From Azolla caroliniana (taxonomy: Eukaryota > Plantae > Polypodiophyta): a stretch of DNA of 64,000 bases. This document shows positions 1-12,150 of the stretch, piece by piece (the stretch's first letter is position 1; every line of letters starts with the position of its first letter). Below the pieces are notes generated by a model. It worked only from the letters and a program-made list of their open reading frames with translations. It had not been told where the DNA came from and ran no database searches. A program made the translations under genes and the position numbers. The stretch covers positions 19,902,001-19,966,000 of the forward strand of contig JBHGNT010000007.1 of assembly GCA_043228905.1 (NCBI GenBank), read 5' to 3'.

Positions 1-232
1 TTACAATAATTGGGGAGACCATCATAGGATGTTATAAAAAGTTGAAATTTGCACTTTATAATGCTTTCTAGAATATGCCCCTGTTTTTCCTAGGACCAAG
101 TTTTTCTGCATGACTTAGCATGCCATTTTTTGCATGTTTATATTCAATTGTATGTATCCCACAACCAGATATTGTTCCTTCTTGAATACTGACTCTTCTC
201 TATTGTATACTTGGTTATGCTAGGCTGATAGC

Positions 233-418
233 ATGGTTACCATCTTTAAATCAGAGAAAGTCATGTCATTTTTCAAATGATAGATTTATTTTTCAGTTTC
301 AGCCATCTTTCCTTTAAAATCAGAGAAAGTCATGGTTACCATCTTTAAATCAGAGAAAGTCATGTCATTTTTCAAATGATAGATTTATTTTTCAGTTTCA
401 GCCATCTTTCCTTTAAAA
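233..418. repeat. ~98-bp tandem duplication in a RecQ intron
   Basis: catggttaccatctttaaatcagagaaagtcatgtc...ccatctttcctttaaaa occurs twice, starting at ~233 and ~331. Confidence 0.9.
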
Positions 419-497
419 ATGAAGCATTATGTACCAGCATCTGATAGGCACGTGACAGTTCCAATATTTGATTGCTGGCTTCTTTCTGCTTGTGTAG

Positions 498-2331
498 TGG
501 CTGGTAAAGAAGCATGGCGAAGAAGTACTTTCAGTAATTAAAGATGTCTGCTGTGATCTGGGCTTACCATTAGACTCTGTAGAAAAACCAGTAGTTGTTG
601 ATTCACAAAAGCTTCCAAATGCACCAAATGCACCAAATGAAGGGTACGAAGTCAAAGCCACACCTGCAAAGATAGAAGCTTGGAGAATGTGGCAAGAGAT
701 GGGAATGCCTATGTCAAAAATCGCGGTTAGTATCTTTTGTGTGCAAAACATCTATTTTATTTGTACTTTAGAATCACTGGGATCACTGGAGATAAAAGTC
801 TGTGTGGTTTTGCAGAATCTACCTGATAGGCCAAAACCAGTTAAGGAGGAAACCATTGCAGATTATATCATCCAGTGTTGTCGATTAGGATATAAGTTGG
901 ACTGGGAAAGATTTTGTAGTGAAACTGGATTTGATAAAGTTGTGAAGGAGGTCCAATCTGGTGTGGAATTGGCTGGTTGTAGAGATAAATTGAAACAGAT
1001 TAAAGAGCAAGTTCCTGAACATGTAAGTTACTGTTGATGAATTTGTAGTTTTGTCAAGGATTTAGGCTTTGATCTTGTCTTTTGTTAGACTTTAATATGC
1101 TTGATTGACTTCTAAAATTTAATTAATAAATAGTGATAAGGTACAATCTATATAGAATATTGGGTTTATACATGAACTGCTCCGATATCACCAGTGAATT
1201 GTGTAAAAAGAGCCCATTGCAGTGGGCCATCTTCCAACCAATAGATGTTGTGGGTCTGATCCATGTTCTTTCATTATTGAATTTAATGATAGCAGGTCAG
1301 ATCATTCTATTCTTTTCCACTTAAGTTATGCACAGTGTGAACAATCCAAGCTATATTGGAATGGATTAGTGCATTTATACTTATGCCATACAATCAGAGA
1401 CATTATTGAATTTTAGTATTTCAGCCAGCTGTTTTGATCAACCAAGTAGCAACCTCCAGTACCTTTACTTAAGGAACTTCCCAAATCCATTAGATACTGG
1501 TAAATGTTCAGAATAATACCTTGGTCATTGTTGGGGCTGCTCCGATATCACCAAATTTCTATGCCCTAGAGAAGAATTGGTGATAAAAGTTGTACCAAAC
1601 AATGAAATATAGTTCATGATTCTTCGAATAGGATGTGTACATTGTCTTTCAAGGGTACCTAGAGTAAGAAGATTTAATTCTCTTAACTGTATTTTGTTCT
1701 GATTTTGCAAATTACAGGTAAGCTATTTGCACATTAAGATGTTCCTAATGATGGAAGATTTGAATCTTCCATATCCCAATGTGACGGAGACTGATGCAAA
1801 GAACCATGAATTGGACGGAGAACCAGTTGATACTCAAGAGGCCTTGAAAGAAGATAATAAAACTAATGAAGGAAAGGATATTGAATTCTCAACTGATGAT
1901 GACTCATCGAAGATTCCATGGTTGGATACCGAGAACTCTTCAAAACAGAACAAACAAAGAAGGGCACCAATTTGGAGAGAGCATCAACATGAAACTCTAT
2001 CATCAAACTACAAACGTATAAGACACGAGGAGGGGAAATGTGAACGAGAAAGCATTAGCTCAGTTGAGAAGGTGCCCTTTACAGAGGAGACATTGTTGGA
2101 GTGGTTAAGCAAAAAAGATGGGGTGAGATACGTAACAAGAACTAGTTTCATCAATTTGGTCAAGAATGACAGACATTTCAGACTCTAAACTCAGACCTCC
2201 TTTTTCAGGTTTCAACAGAGGAGATCCTATCTATTTTCTGCACAGATGAAAGTTCTCTAATGGAAACTCTTGCAAAACTTGAGGGTGATTTTTTGATATA
2301 TCTCAAAAATGGCATTTATCACATGATTTAA
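498..2331 (+). CDS. 3' portion of a RecQ-family, WRN-like helicase (end of HRDC, helix-turn-helix and C-terminal domain); 5' exons lie upstream of the window
   Basis: AG/GT-bounded in-frame exons 498-725 (WLVKKHGEEVLSVIKDVC...AKIEAWRMWQEMGMPMSKIA), 816-1022 (NLPDRPKPVKEETIADYIIQC...KLKQIKEQVPEH), 1718-2122 and 2209-2331 (VSTEEILS...LEGDFLIYLKNGIYHMI*). Family assigned from recalled similarity to plant WRN-like RecQ C-termini. Confidence 0.75.
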
Positions 2332-3482
2332 ATTCTAAACCAATGGCTACTCATATCAGGTGTTGATTGAATACCTTAAATTTTGAGGCGCCCAGAATTT
2401 TGTATGAGGTGATGCGATGGATTTGATTTTGCCATGTAGTACTGTTGTCTGGAAACTAAAGCTCTGCATAATGCATTCGAGACAAAATCATGGATATTTG
2501 TATATAGTAAAAAATTATCTGCCACCATTACAACAGCTGCATTCCATCTGTGCTATTTGATCATCCACATCGCATGTGTATCATAGTATAAATGTCAAGG
2601 AAAAACAGTATAATTTCTGTATACTAAATATATGAGTTGATCTAACTGTGAGTACATGTATCCATGTGTGATGTTGTAAAATCATATCGTTTGTATTCCT
2701 CTCAGGTATTCTTTGCATTGATAGCAGTATGTTTTATCATTGTTATTATTGTTTGCAACACAATCTTGTCTGTTAGTACATTCCTACTTGTGATCAAGAT
2801 TTCTTTCAGTAATGCCATGCTTGCATGGTCTTGCATGGTCTGTCAGGCATTGGAAAATCTTGAAATTTGAGCAGTTAATTGTTTTTGTGGGGTTGATTTA
2901 ATTGTTATTTACAGTTAATCAAAATGCAAAAGACATGCACTCAATGACACGATGCTAGAATAAGAATCTCTTAGTACAATTTTCATGGTATGGAGATTTT
3001 ATGACGTATTCTTTCATATCCTACCCTAACTTTCATTCTCTGATATTCTTCTGCCTATGATGTTCCGATAAGTGGACATTCTCTACATAGTCTCATCACA
3101 TTTAACTGTATATTATTCATATAGTTCAAGCATACAATAAATGGATATATTAATCTGATGTGATTTGATTTATGAGTGTCCATTGACCTACGGCCATTCT
3201 GAATCATAGAAAGTGGTCATTATTCAAAAAGCAGGGTGCTAATTTTCGGCTAACCTTTGTTAAGCCATGTGGAGTTATTCTGATCAATAGCTGATATGGT
3301 GATGAATAGGTTTAAGTCATAATTGGAAAACACTGAATTGGTGTTTGAACATGGCTTCCATTGATAAGCATGATATTGTCACTAACCTTGTCTCATCACA
3401 AACGAAACATTCGAGGGATCATTCGTCGTGGCCTCTATATAATTGCCCACTTAAAGAAAGCAATGTTAACAAGTCATCAACA

Positions 3483-3959
3483 AAAGGAATGGTTAGATGC
3501 TTAGCCATAATTGGGTTATATAAATACCTAAATAATTGGATGATCTATTTTTAGCACAATTGGATAAATAAATGTGCATGAAGGACACTACTACCAAATG
3601 GGTAGGTAGTGACGGACATATTGAATCACCAATAGGCAATATGACAAAACACACCATTGACGAAAGAATTTTGGAGTAGCCCTAATGAACAAAACCACAT
3701 ACACACACCCTAAACCCTAAACCCTAAACCACATACACACACGTGCTACCAAAAGGGATGGTCAGATGCTTATATAAAAAACACCTAAATAATTGGATGG
3801 TCTATTTTTAGCACAATTGGATAAGTAAATGTGCATGAACGACATTGCTAGCAAACGGGTAGGTAGTGATGGACATATTGAATAACCAATAGGCAATATA
3901 ACAGAACACACCATTGACGAAAGAATTCTCGAGTAGCCCCAATGAATGAAACCATATAC

Positions 3960-3962
<3 letters not shown>
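3483..3962. repeat. Diverged ~210-230-bp direct duplication upstream of RPL27
   Basis: Shared blocks such as cctaaataattggatg.tctatttttagcacaattggataa and caccattgacgaaagaatt in both ~3483-3707 and ~3752-3962. Confidence 0.85.
3708..3728 (+). repeat. Interstitial telomeric repeat (CCCTAAA)3 / telo-box cluster
   Basis: ccctaaaccctaaaccctaaa read directly; ~650 bp upstream of the RPL27 ATG. A site II-like TGGGCC is at 4288-4293. Confidence 0.8.

Positions 3963-4015
<53 letters not shown>
3962..4015. repeat. (CT)n microsatellite
   Basis: Direct read. Confidence 0.98.
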
Positions 4016-4017
<2 letters not shown>

Positions 4018-4374
4018 ACACGTCAAGGGCACTTTCTATTGCTACAGTCGGGAGCTCTAGACTACGTGAACATTTAGAGTCGAGCAACTCCATGCACGAG
4101 ACGAACACCGTTTGAGTGAGGGTCAGGGGGAGAGTGGAAACTTATGGACGGGGAGAGTGGAAACTGATGGCGTCCAGGAGACAAACGATCAGAGTGTTGG
4201 CCAAGTGTGTGTATGGATGACACTTTGTCCGCCCCCAAGGTGTGAAACGGACAACCTATCCTTCCTTTCCTTTCTTTGTGGGCGAATTGGGCCTCACCAT
4301 CCATCATCATCTCTCTCCCCTCTGCATTCTCTGCTCTTCTGCTATCCTCTCCCACACACTCAAGCTTCCTGGCT

Positions 4375-6457
4375 ATGGCTATGGCCATGTCCATGGCAAC
4401 AACACCCCCCTCCCTCTCCTCCTCCTTCACCAAGCTGTCTCTCTCATCATCCCATTCATGCCTTCAAGCAGGAAGTACTTCTCTCTTCCTTTCTTCTTCT
4501 TCTTCTTCTTCTTCTTCTTCTTCTTCTTCTTCTGTTCAGATTCGCTTCCCTCTCACCATTGAAGCTGCGCACAAGAAAGGTTCAGGCAGCACGAAGAATG
4601 GTCGCGATTCTCAGAGTAAGCGCCTGGGCGTGAAGATCTATGGCGACCAGGCGGCCAAGGCTGGCTCCATCATCGTCAGGCAGCGTGGCACTAAGGTATT
4701 ATGTGAAAATTTTCTTCCCTTTTCTCCGTCTCTCTCAGATTCATCAGGAAACTAACAAAAAAGCCAATTAACAAAGAAAAAAAAAATGAAAGATTGAATG
4801 AACGAAACAAAGAGAAAATTGCATTAGCCACTATCTGCCAGATTCTGTGCATATGAGGGAGAAAGAAAGAAAGAAAGAAAATTTATTGTGTACAAGGCCC
4901 TTTAAATAGCCTCCATTAATGTTGAAAGATTAGACAAAAAAGAGAGAGAAAGAAAGCCCGACATTGCCAAAAGGTCAATCAGAAACCACTACTTGAAGAA
5001 TTAGCTTCCTCACAAATGGGAATAGATAGTTAAATTGTGCCTGTCCTTTATGATAAATAATTAGACCAAAAAACGAGAGAAAGAAAAACTGACATGGCCA
5101 AAAGGTAAATCAGAAGTCATTAATGGAAGAATCAGCTTTCTCACAAATGAGAATTGTTCAGATAGTTAAATTTTGCCTGTCCTTTTGGCATTCATTCTTG
5201 CCAATGTGTTTAACTCTTCTTTTGGCCTTAAGATTTTGATCTTAATGGAAGTGTTAACTCTCTCGTCAGCCAGAGCTATTCAGATTTTGAGCTAAATCTC
5301 CCTTTTGATAATGAGGATATCTCGTCCAAGTGTTCATAGAAGTGAACTATTCATATACACTCACTACATAGTAATATGCTCAAGTTGTCCCTATCCATAA
5401 CCACAAATCACCCGCAGGTTATTTCTTGTTTCTTCCATTCTTCTCTGTCACTTCTTCTTTTGGCCTTATGATGTTGATCTTAAGCATTGTCAATTAGGGT
5501 TTTATTTAGGCTTGATAATGATTTGATACTACCCTCACAAGATTTCTTTCTTATTATTCAGTTGTTAAAAAAGCAAAGGTTTTAGTAAATATTTCACATT
5601 TTGGGCAATTTTATGCCAGTTTTTGCAGTTCTACCTAGGAAACGTAGATAAGTCTTATTAACATTTAAGCTGGAAGATGATTTGATACTTTCCTACAAGA
5701 TTTGTTTTTCTTATTATTCTGTTTATTAAGAAGTGAAAGTATCATTAAAGGGATCACATTTGGAATAAATTTGTGCTTGAATTTGGCAGTTCCACCCAGG
5801 AAATAATGTTGGGTTGGGGAGGGATTATACACTATTTTCACTGATCGAAGGAGTAGTGAAATTTGAGAAATTCGGTCCTGACAGGAAGAAAGTAAGTCAT
5901 TGTATTCAATCAATTTTGTTTTTCCTTTAAACCCTTCCTTATTTTTGTTATATAACTGGAAACATGTTTTGTTTTTATCTTCATTATGGATCAAATTTTT
6001 TCTTATAATCATAATGAATTTCAGAAGATTTCTTATCATCATAATGAATTTCAGAAGATTTCTTATCATCATAATGAATTTCAGAAGATTTTATTATGAA
6101 AGCAGAAGGTTTGGTTGGTTGTTTGATGAATTGAAAAACTATTGGATTTATACGCACTTTGTTTTATGTTTGTGTGTGTGTGTTTTCTTTTTGGGGAGGG
6201 GATGATATTGTTGCTGTAATTATTATGAGTTTTATTCATTATAATTACTCGGATTGTTTTGGCAGGTTAGTGTGTATCCGAAAGAGGAAGTACCAGAGAA
6301 TGAGAACAGTAGAAGGATACGGAAGCGTAATCTCTTCCGTCTCTTCCATGCACAAGTCAAAGCCCGGAAAGGAGGAGATCACACACATCTACCTTCTATG
6401 GTACTAGCATCTACTGACAATGTAGAAGAAGGACCCGAGGAGAAAGCAGTTTGCTAG
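4375..6457 (+). CDS. RPL27: 50S ribosomal protein L27, chloroplastic precursor
   Basis: Exons 4375-4695 (Ser-rich transit peptide, then [28 protein letters not shown]...RQRGTK), 5790-5891 ([34 protein letters not shown]) and 6266-6457 (VSVYP...AVC*). GT-AG introns, frames consistent. Confidence 0.96.
4930..5186. repeat. ~131-bp diverged tandem duplication in RPL27 intron 1
   Basis: ttagac.aaaaa.gagagaaagaaa...gacat.gccaaaaggt.aatcagaa...gatagttaaatt.tgcctgtccttt occurs twice. Confidence 0.85.
6001..6092. repeat. 30-bp tandem repeat x3 in RPL27 intron 2
   Basis: tcttatcatcataatgaatttcagaagatt repeated at 6001, 6031 and 6061. Confidence 0.95.
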
Positions 6458-6939
6458 TGAGCTTAGGCATGAGGATACAACTTGTATTGTTACTTTTTCT
6501 TCCTCTACATCTCTTCTTTGCAAATATTTGCTTTGGCCATAAAATGTTTCTTGTCACTAAGCTTTGATAACTTTTGCAAACATAGATCAGTCTTTTTTTA
6601 AATCTGTTGACGAGGAAATACAAGAACTTTGGCTCGTGACATAAACGAGAAGTTCTTTGTAAATGAATGCTTTTGTTATTAGGCATTGGTTTAGCCTAAC
6701 ATACATGGGCTGTCTTTTCTCTCTACTAATAGTGAGGGTCGGTTTGGCAGTTTTAGAGGCTATAATGTGCATTCTGTCCTCTCTTTTTTCCATAATAGTC
6801 TATTAACACAAGGCAATGTGGTTCAATCCTTTATTTCCCACATTTTTATTTTGCTGTATATTATTCCTAAACATTACATCCTACATCGGTGTGTCAAGCA
6901 CAAATGACCTTATGATCTCCGAAGAGTTGATATGACCAT

Positions 6940-8302
6940 CCTATCTGTGGCCCAAATCTGTGTGTTGTTTTGTTGATTTCACGAAAGCCTTTGACACCGT
7001 ACCAAGGAAAATGAGCTTTCAAAAAAAAACTAGAGATCAGAATGCCATTGGACTATAGAGCAGTTGGAGCATGATTGCCTGAGCATGTTAGATGCCAATT
7101 GAAAATTGATATTGGCTTCTTGAAGTACTTCTTGAGTAACATGGGGGGTAACACACTCTTTGGTCTATGCATCGATAAACTTGAAAAAAAGTAACAAGAT
7201 TGCAAAAGAAGGATTGGATGGTCCAACACTCAAGCATGAGTTTATTTTTATTTATACTCCTATATGTTGATGATGTTGCTTTATTTTCATATAATTTAGA
7301 TGGACACATTTTGTTGAATTAGTGGCCTAACTATTAATGTAGACAAACAAAAATAATGTCAATAAAGGCAATGCAACCAAGACACTATCCCATGTTTACA
7401 TACAAGGTAGAACCAATACAATAGTAAAGCTTCAAATATCTTGGTATTAATGTCCCATCAACAAATATGTGGGATCCATACTATGAGTCTCGACCTTAAG
7501 CATATCAAAATAGTTATTATATGTTCGGAAATCAATGCAACCAAAGTGATATTTGAGGATGGGAAGTGACGTTGATGCTATTCAATGTTATGGTGATCCA
7601 AGTATTGTTTTATGGAGTGGCAATGTGGCATAGGACTATCTCACTAGTCATGGAATGATATAGAGAAAATCCAAAAAATGTTCTTATGTAGAAAATCCAA
7701 AAAATCCTCAACATCCAGTTATATGCTATTAGAAATAGGTGCTTGGCCCATAGATGTACTAGCCATGCAAACAATATATCACAAAAGTCAAAATATGTTT
7801 GTTCATAGATTGCCCAATTGAGGTTGCAACATAGGGTGCAAAATACAAAAAAACTAATACGAGCAAAATTCTCTCATCTGGCTACGTGCTTGACATTATG
7901 AAATGGTTTAAGAGATGGGGATTAAAATATCTATAGGAGCTCTTAGGTGATGCTATGAACTTCATAGCATCATGTAAGAGCTCATATAGGTATGAAGTAT
8001 GTGATCATTAAGGATAGATGACTAAAGGCACTAAGGATGATGTGGTATGATGCTAAAATGTCAAAATTGGAATATTACATTGCAAATATTGACCCCCAAT
8101 ACAAGGAAAGAAAATGCCAAAATGTATCCAATCACTTCTCACTACCCCAATTAGCCTTGGCTGTCGAACAACTTGAACATTTCTTCGAACTCACTCACAC
8201 AAGTAGCATCACGACATCATCACACAGACATGAAGATATGCAAGGTATGGAATGAAAACCTAGTGGAGGATGAATGCCACTTATCAAATGCTCAACATAT
8301 AA
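6940..8302 (+). mobile_element. Degenerate LINE reverse-transcriptase remnant
   Basis: Frameshifted motifs CCFVDFTKAFDTVPR (~6963), LLYVDDVALFS (~7257), FKYLGINV (~7431), VLFYGVAMW, and a C-terminal zinc-knuckle-like ICKVWNENLVEDECH..CSTY (~8235-8300). Confidence 0.8.
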
Positions 8303-8304
8303 GT

Positions 8305-11159
8305 GACAGTTGGCCAAGAGGATGAACCGGACCATCATGGAGAGGGTCTGAAGTATGTTAGCACATGCCAAGTTGTCCAAGATGTTCTGGGCTAAGGCGC
8401 TAATGACGACAACATATGTGATAAACATATCAACCTCAACACCCTTGGACGGAGATATTCCAGAAAGGGTGTGAACCGGCAAAAACGTATCGTACCGACA
8501 CCTGAAGGTGTTCGGTTGTCTTGCCTACGTGCATGTGGCTAAGAAACAAAGGGGAAAAGATCCGAAATCTCGGCCATGCATATTTCTCGATACGGTGACA
8601 CGACAAATTTGGCTATCGACTGTGGAACTTAGCCAACAAGAAGGTCTTTCGGAGCTGAGACATAGTCTTCATGGAGGATAAGACTATTGTCGACTAGGAG
8701 AAAGAGAAGTTGGATACATCCTCCTGAACAGTCGAAAGTCGAAAGTTGACTGAAGAACATTGAGAGCTGATCAAATTCAGACAAGTTGGGTCGGTCGGAG
8801 GCCAGTCAGGAATTGGAGTCAGTTGCGGAGTTGGAGTCGGATTTGACGAGGAAGAAGAAGCAGTCAACTCCAACCCAAACAAAGAACCAGTTGAAGGAGG
8901 AGAGGAAGATCCTAGCCAGCTGGCTGAGGAAAAGAAAGGAAGACAATACCCTCTGAGAGAAAGACATGCCCCCTGCATATTTCTGGATAAAGAATACGTG
9001 TTGCTAATCGACAATGGGGAGCCAGAAAGCTTTGAGGAAGCGAAGAGGGACACCCACATTAGAGAGTGGTTAAGTGTCATGTAAGAAGAAATGAATTCTC
9101 TACATGAGAACCACATGTATGAACTAACCGAGTTGCCAAAGGGAAAGAAGGCACTTCGGAACAAGTGGGTATATAAATCGAAACCGGGAGATGGGCGAAA
9201 TCCACCTAGATACAAGGCTTGAATCGTGGTGAAAGGTTTTCAACAGAAGAAGGGTGTAGATTTCAATGAAATATTTGCCCCAGTAGTAAAGATGACATCC
9301 ATACAGACGGTGTTGAGCATTTCGGCCAGCATGGACTTAGAAGTCGAACAACTAGATGTCAAAACGGCTTTCCTACATGGAGATTTAGAGGAAGAAATCT
9401 ACATGCAAGAACTAGAAGGATTCGAAGAGAAAGATAAAGAGAACCTGGTATGCCAATTGAGGAAGAGCTTATATAGACTGAAGCAAACACCCCGGCAATG
9501 GTACCGAAAATTTGAATCCTTCATGGTGAATCACGGCTTCAACAAGAAACAAGCCGATCATTGTGTCTTTGTTAGAAATATGATGGAGGAAACTTTCTCA
9601 TCCTCCTATTGCATGTTGACGACATGCTAATTGTTGGACAAGACTCGAAGAAAATCGGAAGTTTGAAGAAGGCCTTGAGGAAGTCGTTTGCGATAAAGGA
9701 TATGGGTCCGCCAAAGCAGATACTGGGTATGCACATTGTCCAAGACCAGACAAAGATGTTGTTATGGTTTCACAAGAGAAATATGTGACAAAGATGCTCC
9801 GTAGATTCAAAATGCAAGACGCAAAGCCGGTCGATTCAACATTACTGACAAAAAGTAAGTTGTCCGAAGACGAAAACGGAGAAGGCTAAGATGAGCAAGA
9901 TCCCATATGCCTCAGTAGTCAGAAGCCTCATGTATGCAATGGTAAACCAGGCCGGACATCGCATATGCAATTGGAGTCATCAGCCAATATATGAGCAATC
10001 CCGAAAGAGAGCATTGGGTTGTGGTGGATACTTCGGTACTTGAGAGGCACCTCGGATGTGTGCCTCCGATTCAGCTTGGGTAACCCCACATTGGAAGGTT
10101 ATACTAATTCAGACATGTTGGTTGATGTGGATACCAATCGATCCACGGCTGGATACGTTATGACTTATGCAAGGGGAGCTATTTCATGGCAATCAAGGTT
10201 GTAGAAGGTTGTGGCGTTGTCAACCACAAAAGCCGGCAAGGAAATAATTTGGATGGAGTTTATTAGAGAGCTAAGAATTCGGCAAGAAGAATTTCGACTC
10301 TACTGTGATAACCAAAGTGCCATCCACCTTGTCAAGAATGATGCCTACCACTCGAGGACCAAGCATATCCAGAGGAGATACCATTGGCTCCGAGAGCAGG
10401 TAGAAGAAATGGACTTTACACTAGTGAAGGTCCATACAAATGACAAAGGATCGGATATGCTAACAAAGGTGATGTCGACAAAAAACAGTATGTGTGCCGA
10501 CAAAGGGTCAACTTGACGAAGCACCCCATGCCGGAGTGAAAGGGGAGTTTGTTGGGAAACGAGTCCCTCCAAATGGGAAGAGGAGCACGAGTCGAAGAAA
10601 AGGGAGAATTGAATCGGTTGACAACAACTCGGCCGAGACTGAAAAGTCAAACCAATTGTTCGATTTGGTCGTGGCCGAAAATCGAATCCGAATCGATTCG
10701 GTGGCTAAAGCCGACTCGAGGCATATCTGTAAATAGAGTTAATGTGCCCTTGAGGGGCTATATTTGTAAATAGCCCTGAATGTTGTATTAGTATAAATAC
10801 TTCTAGGGCGATCATTATGTGATGATGATCATTGTTGTATAGTTGAACAAGTTACAGTGAGTACTTGCCTCTGTAACCAAAGAGAGTGAGAGAGTGAGAG
10901 TTGTAACTCTGTTATCATTTGTTAGACGAAGACGAGCTTGAGGTTGTTGCTTGCGAGTCTCCTTGTATTCCTCTCAATATATAGTGATTCAGTTCAAAGT
11001 ATGTGGGCTCCAATGGTTTTTTCCCTTTCGGGTTTTCCACGTAAAAACACTTGTGTCTCTGCATTTCTGTTCTCGGTTGTCTGTGTTCTATCATTCACGA
11101 TCTTTGCACCCATATTCGTATATGTGCTAACCGGTTGTGATCAGAGTCGAATCTCTTCA
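8305..11159 (+). mobile_element. 5'-truncated, degenerate Ty1/Copia retrotransposon (IN-RT-RNaseH plus 3' LTR)
   Basis: IN motifs RMNRTIMERV and LKVFGCLAYVHV; RT motifs VKGFQQKKGVDFNEIFAPVVKMTSI and QLDVKTAFLHGDLEEEIYM; RNaseH motif CDNQSAIHL...HSRTKHI. Many stops and frameshifts. Polypurine tract gaaaggggag precedes TGTTGG at 10550. Confidence 0.92.
10550..11159 (+). repeat. 3' LTR of the Copia element
   Basis: Starts TGTTG right after the PPT; TATA-like gtataaata at ~10791; probable end ...ctcttCA at 11159. The end is approximate and no partner LTR or TSD was found. Confidence 0.7.
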
Positions 11160-11421
11160 TTTACATAGATTTACATAGGCAACCCCCTTGTGCCACAACT
11201 TGATACCAAACTCGACCTTGAATCCCCTTGCACACAAGAGACCTTTTCTTCTTGCATGAACAATTAGCGAACCCTTATTGTGGATGGAGCTACATAGTTG
11301 GTTGAATCGTACTTGCATTTCTTGCTTGACAATTTGGCCAACCAAGTCCAGGCATGCAATAAGTCCTTGATCTAGCCTTTAAAGTCGTGATTGCGAAAGG
11401 CCACATCTCCAATGTGTTCAA

Positions 11422-11423
<2 letters not shown>

Positions 11424-11472
<49 letters not shown>
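11424..11472. repeat. (GT)n microsatellite
   Basis: Direct read. Confidence 0.98.
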
Positions 11473-11473
<1 letters not shown>

Positions 11474-12150
11474 AGTCATCGTTAGTCTTCACTACACCAA
11501 GTCTTTGGTTCCCACGGATTCATGAACCGTTGTCATGTAAACGCACGTGCATGTCCTCCTCAAGCGGAACCACTATGGTCTTTGACCAGGGAGGACACAA
11601 ATGTAGAGAGGAATCAAATGCTTGGGGACTCGAACACAAAGAGGACTTAAATGCTCAAAGGACCCGAATGTAGGGGGGACTTGGAACATTCCTTCGCAAC
11701 TTTCCTTGGCATCAACATTGAAATCAATGCAGATGTAAGCCACCTCCCCAATCTACAACAAACCATGCCCCTATACATTGTAGAAATAGGAAATGGGGAT
11801 GATGATGGGGATGATGATGGGACAATGATGGTGATGGCAACAACGACTCAAAGGTCAACAACTGGCAAGTAAGGATGAGGACTATCTTCATATTTGGCAC
11901 AAATGGATGTGCAAGATTGCAGGGGGTGAGTGTCATGATGTTTTCAATACATAGTGTGAAACCACCTAGAATAGGGAATAAAATAATAATATGAATATGT
12001 AGGCCAAATATGCCACAAAGATATATTCATGGAAGGCAATATTCAAACCGACTATCAAGTATTATAAATATTAAATATCAAAAACCACATGCAAAAACCA
12101 TGGTTTCAGTGTTAGATGCCCACGGTTTTGTGCATACCACAAAGCTAGTG

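Noticed and set aside
3808-4108. ORFs with RERERE runs
   Set aside because: Translation of the (CT)n microsatellite.
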